Positions 19,875-27,768 of a DNA stretch of 64,000 nucleotides are shown here, piece after piece (position 1 is the first letter of the stretch; the number at the start of each line of letters is the position of its first letter). The position numbers were made by a program, and so were the translations under genes. Source of the DNA: Minisyncoccota bacterium. Lineage in GTDB: Bacteria; Patescibacteriota; Minisyncoccia; Phycocordibacterales; JABMNX01. The DNA lies in the NCBI GenBank assembly GCA_040876885.1, contig JBBDOU010000012.1, positions 5,986-69,985 on the forward strand. Reading direction: 5' to 3'. Below the pieces are notes generated by a model. The model did no database searches. It had not been told where the DNA came from and was given only the letters and a program-made list of their open reading frames with translations.

Positions 19875-20444
19875 ATGGACCATATTAGTAAATACACAGA
19901 TAAAGACATGAAAGTAGAAAATCAGAACCTGAAGACTGTCGTGGTATTCCTCATCGGGATGTTTGTGGGGAGTTTTTCTCTGTGGATGTGGACAGCTACT
20001 CAAGATGCACTTTCTGAGAAGGTGCAGGTGACGCCAAATACAGAAGAAATTATTGAAGAAGATTCTACAGTATTAGAAAGTACACAAGGTGTCTCTAGCA
20101 ACACACCAACACAAGAGCGTCTTGTGCGTAACGATGCAATTATTGTACAAAATCAAAAACCAGGAATGACTGTTGTTATTGATAAAGCAGTACTTGAAGA
20201 AGATGGGTGGATAGTGATTCATGAAGGAACCGTAAGTCATATTGGAAATGCACTCGGCGCGTCTCGGTTTGATAAAGGTGAGCACAGTGGTGTCGTAGAG
20301 CTTCTCCGGTCAACAGAGCGGGGTGTTATATATCGCGCAGTACTGTATCGTGACAACGGTGATAAAGAATTCAGTCTAGACTCAGACTTTCCATTTTTAC
20401 AAAATGGAAATCAACCAGTGCTCACCACGTTTATTGTTGAGTAA
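19875..20444 (+). CDS. Membrane-anchored hypothetical protein with Ig-like C-terminal domain
   Basis: Single TM; GWIVIHE...ALGA, LYRDNGD..F. Confidence 0.75.
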   Translation: MDHISKYTDKDMKVENQNLKTVVVFLIGMFVGSFSLWMWTATQDALSEKVQVTPNTEEIIEEDSTVLESTQGVSSNTPTQERLVRNDAIIVQNQKPGMTVVIDKAVLEEDGWIVIHEGTVSHIGNALGASRFDKGEHSGVVELLRSTERGVIYRAVLYRDNGDKEFSLDSDFPFLQNGNQPVLTTFIVE

Positions 20445-20459
20445 GTAACAGAAATATAC

Positions 20460-20969
20460 ATGGAACCAGTATTTTTTAGCTCCACTATTGTCATATTCGG
20501 ACAGCTCATCCTCGCAATACTCTTAGGGACGATTCTTGGGACAGAGCGTTCAGTGGTTGCAAACAAACGAGCGGGAACGCGGACCTATGCCCTTGTTGCA
20601 CTTGGATCATGTTTGTTCTCCGTGATTTCTATTCAGGTGACGAGTCAGTACCTTGGGTTGGTGAATTTTGACCCAATGCGGGTGACCGCGGGGATTATTA
20701 CCGGCATTGGTTTCTTAGGTGCGGGGATTATCATTTTCAAAGATAGTACACTTCAGGGACTTACAACCGCTGCGGGACTTTGGGTTTCAGCGGGGATTGG
20801 AGTCGCAGTCGCATTTGGACTTTATGCAATCGCGATTTTTACGACAATTTTGACCCTCCTTGTGTTTACAGTACTTTGGTTTGTTGAGCATAAACTCGAT
20901 AAGGCTTTCGATGAACAAAGTCGTATCAGACTAGTAAAAAACCAAGAAAGTGAAGCACCTCGAGATTAA
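20460..20969 (+). CDS. MgtC/SapB family protein
   Basis: GTER...AGTRTYALV, DPMRVTAGIITGIGFLGAG, GLTTAAGLW. Confidence 0.95.
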   Translation: MEPVFFSSTIVIFGQLILAILLGTILGTERSVVANKRAGTRTYALVALGSCLFSVISIQVTSQYLGLVNFDPMRVTAGIITGIGFLGAGIIIFKDSTLQGLTTAAGLWVSAGIGVAVAFGLYAIAIFTTILTLLVFTVLWFVEHKLDKAFDEQSRIRLVKNQESEAPRD

Positions 20970-21052
20970 ACTTCGATTCAAGTTCGAATCTGAGACTTGG
21001 CTGTGTTTGTAAAACACTTTACAGGTTTTCTTATATGGGTTATTAATAATAA

Positions 21053-21162
21053 GGACAGAGGTGAATTGACACCCCAGGGAGTAAGTACTCTTTGAGCTTG
21101 CCACACGTTCAATCACACCAAAATGGTGGGGTTGAAGTGCAACTTGGCAAGCTTTTTCTTTT
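21053..21162 (+). ncRNA. Candidate small RNA ending in a 59-nt bulged hairpin plus U-tract
   Basis: TTTACA-N17-TATTAA at 21018-21046; hairpin 21095-21153; no ORF longer than 9 codons on this strand from the SD. Confidence 0.35.
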
Positions 21163-21249
21163 GTTGGAAATATATAGATGGTGTCCCAGAACTAATCTCA
21201 TTTAAGGATGTTATCTTTTTATAATTTAGGGCAGTTTGGTGTTTAATAT

Positions 21250-21288
21250 AAAAACGAGCAACTGGTTTCTCAGGTGCTCGTTTTCTTT
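21250..21288. terminator. Bidirectional terminator downstream of purN
   Basis: AAAACGAGCA...TGCTCGTTTT. Confidence 0.75.
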
Positions 21289-21304
21289 TGATAGGTAAGT
21301 GAGT

Positions 21305-21865
21305 TTAGTCCTTAATGAGCTCTTGGATTATTTTTGGATAGAGTTTCCGCTCAACCTCTTTAATACGTTCATGCAGACTTTCCTCTGTGTCGCCCGTGAT
21401 GACAGGAACTGGTTCCTGAGCAATGATGAGACCTGCATCAAGTTCTGCGGTTGCCATGTATATGGTACACCCGGAGATTTTAACACCGTAATCAAGCGCA
21501 TCTCTCACTGCGTGGTTTCCTTTAAATGATGGAAGGAGTGAGGGATGCGTATTCAGAAACCTAAACTGATAGGCTCCCGGCTCAAACATAAGCGACGAGA
21601 AGACTGTCATAAAACCATCCATCGCAACCAACCCAATTTCATGTGCGCAAAGAAGTGTCAGTGTGTCTTGCGTGTACTTACATCTGTCAAAATCAGGCCC
21701 AAAAGTCCGAGGCAACAACACCGACGGTATCTTCGCTTCTTTCGCGATTTCAAATGCACCACAATTTCGGTCCACCACCACAAGTTTAATCGGTAATCCT
21801 TGCTCAATCATAGCGGCAAGGATTGAACCTGTACCTGAAGCAAGCACAGCAAGTTGGTGAGACAT
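21305..21865 (-). CDS. purN: Phosphoribosylglycinamide formyltransferase-like protein
   Basis: LASGTGS, LNTHPSLLPSFKG, G.KISGCT, LDAG.IIAQ..V, LHERIKEVE. Confidence 0.88.
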   Translation of the reverse strand: MSHQLAVLASGTGSILAAMIEQGLPIKLVVVDRNCGAFEIAKEAKIPSVLLPRTFGPDFDRCKYTQDTLTLLCAHEIGLVAMDGFMTVFSSLMFEPGAYQFRFLNTHPSLLPSFKGNHAVRDALDYGVKISGCTIYMATAELDAGLIIAQEPVPVITGDTEESLHERIKEVERKLYPKIIQELIKD

Positions 21866-21982
21866 GATGTTTCTCTCTTATCTTGTTTATCTATTCTACA
21901 TAGAAACCTAGCACACTTTGAGGGGGGATTCCAATATGATTTTATTTTCCAATCTATAATACTTTAGGGTATAATTTTTTAC

Positions 21983-22420
21983 ATGAAAGAAGCGGTATTA
22001 GAAATTCTAAATAAGGGCTACTTAATGAGTCTTGCAACATTTGACGACAGCGTCTGGGTCTCTGACCTTATCTACATTTATGACGAAGATTTGAATATCT
22101 ATTGGATGTCAGACCCAGCGGTGCGGCACTCAAAAGCTCTTGTGAAAAATAATCTTGTTGCGGGCACTATTACAATAAGTAACCATGGAAAAGAACCTAA
22201 TCTCGGTATCCAGTTTTCAGGGAAGGCTCTAAAAATAGAAGGTCCTCGACATGATTTAGCAGTGAAGCATCTAAAAAAGAGGGGTCATCCGGAACCAAAA
22301 GAAGAAGACGATGTTTTGGACGGTGACTCTTGGTACATGCTCGTGCCAGATAAGATAGATATTATTGATGAAGAAAAATATGGGTATGACAAGAGGTCTT
22401 TAGACTTAAGTAACGAGTGA
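21983..22420 (+). CDS. Pyridoxamine 5'-phosphate oxidase-like FMN-binding protein (YhbP-like)
   Basis: MSLAT, IYWMS...RHS, VAGTI, GIQFSG. Confidence 0.85.
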   Translation: MKEAVLEILNKGYLMSLATFDDSVWVSDLIYIYDEDLNIYWMSDPAVRHSKALVKNNLVAGTITISNHGKEPNLGIQFSGKALKIEGPRHDLAVKHLKKRGHPEPKEEDDVLDGDSWYMLVPDKIDIIDEEKYGYDKRSLDLSNE

Positions 22421-22459
22421 TATTTACATAATAACTTCATTTTGTGATAACATTATTGT

Positions 22460-22744
22460 ATGGAAACACTTATACAGGCCGATATATTTTTCTTTATTAC
22501 AAGTATTGCGGTGGTTGTTATCACCGTAGCGCTTTGTATTGTCGCGTATTTTGCATTTAGAGCATTTCGCGTCTTAAAGGAAATAGGTGAAATAGTGCGA
22601 GATGAAGCAAAGTTAATAAAGGAAGATATTGACGGTGCACGTAACACGATACGCACCAACACAAAGGTTATTAATACAATTATTAAGTCAGTTGCGGGAG
22701 TTGGTTCTAAAAAGAAAAAGACCACGCGTACTGAAAAAGAATAA
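22460..22744 (+). CDS. Single-TM coiled-coil protein (DUF948-like)
   Basis: ADIFFFITSIAVV TM followed by a charged helix. Confidence 0.75.
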   Translation: METLIQADIFFFITSIAVVVITVALCIVAYFAFRAFRVLKEIGEIVRDEAKLIKEDIDGARNTIRTNTKVINTIIKSVAGVGSKKKKTTRTEKE

Positions 22745-22759
22745 ATAATATACATATCT

Positions 22760-23164
22760 ATGGCAACAAAAAAGAAATCATCACATGGAGTAGCAAAGAG
22801 TGGACTTCTATTAGCGGGAGTAGCCGCAGCTGCAGCAGCAGGCGCATACTATCTCTACGGACCAAAAGGAAAACAGCATCGAACAAAAATAAAGAGCTGG
22901 ACGCTTAAAGCGCAGGGCGAAGTCATGGAGCGTGTAGAAAAACTTAAAGAAGTAGATCGAGAATCGTTAAATAAGATAGTAGACATGGTCGCAAAAAAAT
23001 ACAAAACTGCACAAGGTGTCTCAACAGCTGAGGTAATGGAATTTGCTAAAGACGTGAAAGGTCAGTGGGACCACATTGAAAAAGAATTTAAAAAAGGTGC
23101 AAAAAAGGGTAAGACTGCAACAAAGAAAGCAGTGAAAAAAGCTAAAAAATCAGCCAAGAAGTAG
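22760..23164 (+). CDS. YtxH-like small basic protein
   Basis: Ala-rich TM, YYLYGPKGKQHR, Lys-rich tail. Confidence 0.75.
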   Translation: MATKKKSSHGVAKSGLLLAGVAAAAAAGAYYLYGPKGKQHRTKIKSWTLKAQGEVMERVEKLKEVDRESLNKIVDMVAKKYKTAQGVSTAEVMEFAKDVKGQWDHIEKEFKKGAKKGKTATKKAVKKAKKSAKK

Positions 23165-23194
23165 TAATAGCTACTGTATCGACATTCATCAATT

Positions 23195-24325
23195 ATGAAA
23201 AAAACACTCTTTATTGTAATAGCGCTCCTTATCATAACAGCAGTTCCAGTCTCTGCGGCAACATTTAAAGTGAGTGACGCGTACGAATATACTGGAAATG
23301 GAGACGTTGGTGATATGTACATAGCAGGAGGCGCTATAGATATATCGGGAGACATTACTGGAGACGGAGTTATTGCTGGTGGAGATATTTCTATTTTAGG
23401 AAATGTTTCGCAAGACATGATGCTTGCTGGAGGCTCAGTTCGTCTTCTTGGTTCTGTTGGGGATGATGCTCGTGTTGTTGGTGGGAATATTACCGTCTCA
23501 AGCAATGTCGCTGATGACCTCGTTGTCGTCGGTGGACTCGTCAGGATTCTCTCAGACACCACGGTCCTTGGAGACATGGTTGTTGTAGGGGGAAGTGTCA
23601 TTATGAACGGTAGCGTTGCGGGCGACCTTACTATATATGCAGAAGAAGTTGTTATTAATGGGCCGGTTAGTGGAAACGTCGTGCTCCATTTTGCAAAAAA
23701 GATAACATTTGGTGAAGGTTCACTTATAGCGGGAAATCTTACGTATTCTGGACGAGAAGATTTAGAGATAGGAGAAGGGGTGATTGTTGGTGGAACTATT
23801 ACCCGTGTAGACTCTCCTATGAAGCAGTTTGAACTCAATAAGGGAGATATGCGAGAAATACTTGGATTCTTCTTCTTTATAAAACTAGCACTTATGCTTA
23901 TCACAGGAGTTCTTGCTGTACTTGTCTTTAGAAGATTTTCAAAGACTGTTGGAGTAGAAACTTACGAAAGTTTCTGGAAGAACACGCTTATTGGATTCAT
24001 CACATTAATTGTTGTGCCGTTTGCGACACTCCTACTCTTTGCAACCGTTATTGGGGCGTATCTCGGAGTTATTCTCCTTGGAGTATATGCACTGATGCTT
24101 ATCGTTTCAAAAGTGTTCACCGGTATTGTTGCAGGCGCACTACTCTCAAAATGGATTAAGAAGGAAATTATTGTGGATTGGAAATGGGTGATACTTGGTA
24201 TTATTGCGCTTCAAGCACTATGTTTCGTACCCTTTATCGGAAGTCTACTTGGGTTCATTGTTGTACTCGCAACATTTGGAACTATCGGAATGCTCGTATA
24301 CAAGAATCTCTGGCTTAATCGATAA
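23195..24325 (+). CDS. Polymer-forming (bactofilin-like beta-helix) domain membrane protein
   Basis: Signal peptide, repeated GD...AGG.I.I.G.V units, C-terminal TMs. Confidence 0.8.
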   Translation: MKKTLFIVIALLIITAVPVSAATFKVSDAYEYTGNGDVGDMYIAGGAIDISGDITGDGVIAGGDISILGNVSQDMMLAGGSVRLLGSVGDDARVVGGNITVSSNVADDLVVVGGLVRILSDTTVLGDMVVVGGSVIMNGSVAGDLTIYAEEVVINGPVSGNVVLHFAKKITFGEGSLIAGNLTYSGREDLEIGEGVIVGGTITRVDSPMKQFELNKGDMREILGFFFFIKLALMLITGVLAVLVFRRFSKTVGVETYESFWKNTLIGFITLIVVPFATLLLFATVIGAYLGVILLGVYALMLIVSKVFTGIVAGALLSKWIKKEIIVDWKWVILGIIALQALCFVPFIGSLLGFIVVLATFGTIGMLVYKNLWLNR

Positions 24326-24347
24326 AGATTAAAAGAGAAAAGGCAGG

Positions 24348-24386
24348 AAAATAAACAACAAGAACCCTCTTGTTGTTTATTTTTTT
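24348..24386 (+). terminator. Rho-independent terminator
   Basis: AAATAAACAACAAGA-accc-TCTTGTTGTTTATTTTTT. Confidence 0.8.
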
Positions 24387-24428
24387 ATAATATTTTCCTC
24401 TGTTTTACGTGGTATACTTTCTGTACTT

Positions 24429-25301
24429 ATGGGAGCTTTTTATAACCCAAATAGAGGAGTTGACTGGAACTATGGCGGTAAACGATGGCGTCTTTCCCGT
24501 TCAAAGATAGACCTTTTCACAGAATGTCCTCGATGTTTCTATCTTGATAACAAGCTTGGTACAAAACGACCTCCGGGGTATCCTCTAAACCTCAATATCG
24601 CAGTTGATACACTGCTCAAGAAAGAGTTTGATATCCACCGAACCAAAAAGACTCCGCATCCACTTATGACTGAGTATGGGATTGATGCGGTCCCGTTTGA
24701 GCACAATGACATGAATATATGGCGAGACAACTTTAAGGGGATTGCGTGTCTTCATGCACCGACAAACCTTGTGGTCTCCGGTGCTGTTGATGACATCTGG
24801 GTTACTCCAAACAACGAACTTATTATTGTTGATTACAAAGCAACGAGTAAGGACGGAGAAGTAAATCTTGATGCTGAGTGGCAGAACGGATACAAGCGAC
24901 AGATGGAAGTGTATCAATGGCTCTTTAGGCAGAATGGATTTACTGTTTCTGACACCGGGTATTTTGTCTATGTAAATGGAAAGACTGATGTTGATACATT
25001 TGATGGAAAACTCGAGTTTGATATTAAAGTTCTTTCATACACAGGAGAGGGTAGTTGGATAGAACCCATACTTTCAGATATTAAAGAGTGTCTTCTGTCT
25101 GAGCGCATTCCTGCTGCGGGAAAAGAATGCGACTATTGCCCATATCGGGAAGTTGCAGGCAAGAAATTACAAGCTATTCATGGTGCACAAAATAAGACCC
25201 AAGAGACAACTCCAAAGGACTCTGTAGAAGCAAAATCAAAGAAGACACCTGCAAAGAAAGAAACTAAAGAGGAGCAGGTTGATACCGGTACACTTTTTTA
25301 A
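24429..25301 (+). CDS. PD-(D/E)xK nuclease (RecB/Cas4-like superfamily)
   Basis: LSRSKI...CPRCFY, GAVDD, IVDYKAT, QMEVY, CDYC. Confidence 0.88.
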   Translation: MGAFYNPNRGVDWNYGGKRWRLSRSKIDLFTECPRCFYLDNKLGTKRPPGYPLNLNIAVDTLLKKEFDIHRTKKTPHPLMTEYGIDAVPFEHNDMNIWRDNFKGIACLHAPTNLVVSGAVDDIWVTPNNELIIVDYKATSKDGEVNLDAEWQNGYKRQMEVYQWLFRQNGFTVSDTGYFVYVNGKTDVDTFDGKLEFDIKVLSYTGEGSWIEPILSDIKECLLSERIPAAGKECDYCPYREVAGKKLQAIHGAQNKTQETTPKDSVEAKSKKTPAKKETKEEQVDTGTLF

Positions 25302-25309
25302 TTTTTTAT

Positions 25310-25768
25310 ATGCACGGACTTGATACGGAAAAACAAATATTTTTTTACGAGCAGGAGTTTTATGTGTTCTCAAACTTTTCTTCTTTTGCACTAGAGTGGA
25401 AAGGAGAAGTGTGGATGACTTCAGAACACGCGTATCATGCAGAAAAGTTTAATGACACAGAGCTCTTAGAGGCGCTACAGCAGAGTCGTTCTGCACACGA
25501 TGCTATGAACATAGCGTACAGCAACAAAGATAAATACAGAGAAGATTGGGATGCTATAAAGCTTGATGTGATGAGAGAGATTCTTCATGCCAAAGTAGCT
25601 CAGCATCCATATGTTAAGAAAAAGCTTCTTGAGTCCGGAGATAAGGAATTGGTAGAAAACTCTTGGAGGGACAATTTCTGGGGTTGGGGTGAAAATAAAA
25701 ACGGAAAGAACCACTTAGGGAAATTATGGATGCAGGTGCGTGAGGAGGTAAGGGCTCATGATGAATAA
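25310..25768 (+). CDS. NADAR (YbiA-like) family N-glycosidase
   Basis: FSNF, TSEHAY.A.KF, REDW, LVENS..D.FWG, GKNHLGKLWM.VRE. Confidence 0.92.
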   Translation: MHGLDTEKQIFFYEQEFYVFSNFSSFALEWKGEVWMTSEHAYHAEKFNDTELLEALQQSRSAHDAMNIAYSNKDKYREDWDAIKLDVMREILHAKVAQHPYVKKKLLESGDKELVENSWRDNFWGWGENKNGKNHLGKLWMQVREEVRAHDE

Positions 25769-26015
25769 TATGTTCACAGAAAAAGTACTGTCTATCGTAA
25801 AGAAGATTCCAAAAGGGGAGACACTTTCATATAAAGAAGTTGCAGAGCTTGCGGGCTCACCAAAAGCGTATCGAAAAGTAGGAAGCTTAATGAAAGCTAA
25901 TTATGACGAATCAATTCCGTGTCACCGCGTCATTAAGTCGGACGGTTCTCTTGGTGAATATAATAGAGGTGTTGATGTAAAGTATAAAAAACTTAAAGCA
26001 GAGGGTGCGTTTTAA
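25758..26015 (+). CDS. Single-domain O6-alkylguanine-DNA alkyltransferase (MGMT family)
   Basis: IPKGETLSY.EVA..AG, IPCHRVI with the active Cys, L.AEG. Confidence 0.9.
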   Translation: MMNNMFTEKVLSIVKKIPKGETLSYKEVAELAGSPKAYRKVGSLMKANYDESIPCHRVIKSDGSLGEYNRGVDVKYKKLKAEGAF

Positions 26016-26692
26016 GAAGACCAGTCTACAGCACGACGGTTGTTTTGGGATAAGTATTCGTTTGCACATTTAAAGTGGTTGCAACCCAAGAATCCTCGAT
26101 GTGCTGAAAGCGGTGATGGATGGGGTGCTGTAAGAATCAGGTGTTTACGCTCGTCAATGAGCGCTGTCTTCTTTTGTGCGTACGCTCCCCAAAGCATAAA
26201 CACCACGTGGTTGTCGTTTCGTGAGATAGCAGAGATAACTGCGTCAGTAAATTCATGCCACCCATAGTCAGCGTGAGAGTTCGGCTCACCTTTACGTACA
26301 GAAAGGGATGTATTAAGGAGAAACACTCCTTGCTTCACCCAACGAGAAAGGTCAGGGTCTGTATTTGCAGATTCTCCATACTCAAGTATGAGCTCTTTGA
26401 ATATATTCTGGAGAGACGGAGGGACTTGATTATGAGTGCTCGTTGAGAATGCCAACCCATCGGCAACTCCTGGTGTGTGATAGGGGTCCTGTCCTAAAAT
26501 AACCACACGGATATTTTCTGGTGGGCATAGTTCAAATGCACGAAAAATTTGTCGAGGGGGTGGATATACTATTTTTTTAAGATACTCCTCTCGGACTTTT
26601 AGTGTGAGTCCTTTGAAGTATACTTTATCAAACTCCTCAGCAATAAGGTTCTTCCATGCAATAGGTATGTGGATAGTATTTGATTCCACCAT
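26012..26692 (-). CDS. ung: Uracil-DNA glycosylase, family 1 (start reassigned to MVESN)
   Basis: VVILGQDPYH, PPSLQNI, GVFLLN, HPSPLSA. Confidence 0.97.
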   Translation of the reverse strand: MVESNTIHIPIAWKNLIAEEFDKVYFKGLTLKVREEYLKKIVYPPPRQIFRAFELCPPENIRVVILGQDPYHTPGVADGLAFSTSTHNQVPPSLQNIFKELILEYGESANTDPDLSRWVKQGVFLLNTSLSVRKGEPNSHADYGWHEFTDAVISAISRNDNHVVFMLWGAYAQKKTALIDERKHLILTAPHPSPLSAHRGFLGCNHFKCANEYLSQNNRRAVDWSS

Positions 26693-26743
26693 ATATATGT
26701 AGTGTAGCAGTAGTGCCCCTGTTCTGCTATGATGCTTGAATAT

Positions 26744-27325
26744 ATGATACATACCCCTAACATAGAGCGCGCAATACACAAAGCTTCTCTCCTCCATCGA
26801 AAACAGGTTCGAAAGGGTGCGGATGAACTCCCCTATATTACCCACCTCTTTTCAGTGTTTGTTATTTTAGCCAAATATACGCACGATGAAGATGTTCTCA
26901 TTGGAGGATTACTTCACGACACACTCGAGGACACTGAGTATCAAGGAAGTGATTTAGAGAACGATTTTGGTCCAATAGTCAGGAAGATTGTTGAAGGGGT
27001 GACTGAGCCGAAAAAGAAAGATGGTATTGTTATGCCGTGGGAAGACAGGAAGCGCGCATATGTTGCAGGCCTTCAATCTAGTTCAAGAAAATCTCTTATG
27101 GTGTCAGCTGCGGATAAGATTCATAATTTCCAGTCAATTATTGATATGTATGCGGACAAAGCAGATAATTTTAAAAAAGATTTTACATCAGCAGATCGAC
27201 TGAGGTTTTATGAAAATGTTGTTGCTGTAATCAATCACGGACTCGGTGAGAAAGAGCCTATTGTCACAGAACTCAACATCGTGTTTACCCGGTATCGAAT
27301 TTTTCTAGAAAAGGTTTATACTTAG
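26744..27325 (+). CDS. HD-domain small alarmone hydrolase (RelA/SpoT HD, Mesh1-like)
   Basis: H..QVRK...PYITH, LLHDTLEDT, VEGVTE, ADKIHN. Confidence 0.88.
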   Translation: MIHTPNIERAIHKASLLHRKQVRKGADELPYITHLFSVFVILAKYTHDEDVLIGGLLHDTLEDTEYQGSDLENDFGPIVRKIVEGVTEPKKKDGIVMPWEDRKRAYVAGLQSSSRKSLMVSAADKIHNFQSIIDMYADKADNFKKDFTSADRLRFYENVVAVINHGLGEKEPIVTELNIVFTRYRIFLEKVYT

Positions 27326-27332
27326 AGACTAT

Positions 27333-27755
27333 ATGTGGTTATTCTATGCATTTTTATCAGCTTTTATGGCAGCGCTCGTTGCTATATTTGCAAAGCTCGG
27401 CTTAAAAGAGCTTGACTCAACCCTTGCGACAACAATTCGTGCAATTATTATGGCGCTCTTCCTTGTCCTTGTCAGTTTCTTTTTTAATAAGTTTGACGCG
27501 TTTACTCTTACTAGTTTGAGTTCACGAGAATGGATTCTGATTGTTCTTGCAGGAATTGCTGGAGCACTTTCATGGTTGTTTTATTTTTTTGCGTTGAAAA
27601 ATGGTGTTGCAACAGAAGTGGTTGCTATCGACCGGTTAAGTATTGTCTTTGTGGTAATCTTAGCAGCGCTCTTCCTTGGAGAAGGGTTTGGCTGGAAGGT
27701 CGTACTCGGAGCACTTTTTATGGCAGGAGGGGCAATTTTAATAACACTTAAGTAA
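27333..27755 (+). CDS. EamA/DMT family transporter
   Basis: AIFAKLG, ATTIR, SWLFYFFAL, IDRLS, FLGE. Confidence 0.9.
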   Translation: MWLFYAFLSAFMAALVAIFAKLGLKELDSTLATTIRAIIMALFLVLVSFFFNKFDAFTLTSLSSREWILIVLAGIAGALSWLFYFFALKNGVATEVVAIDRLSIVFVVILAALFLGEGFGWKVVLGALFMAGGAILITLK

Positions 27756-27768
27756 TTTTTATTTTATT

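Noticed and set aside
20972-20995. GTTCGAATC resembling a tRNA T-loop
   Set aside because: Flanks do not form a 5-bp T-stem and no cloverleaf can be built
23062-23904. 280-aa antisense ORF
   Set aside because: Shadow of the repetitive Gly/Val-rich plus-strand gene
24429-25301. Nuclease as CRISPR-associated Cas4
   Set aside because: No cas1/cas2 or array; solo PD-(D/E)xK nucleases are common
26693-26845. Long N-terminal extensions in the ORF track (ung, also scpB, alaS, M23 peptidase, 60816-61193)
   Set aside because: They overlap neighbouring genes or promoters; downstream starts fit better
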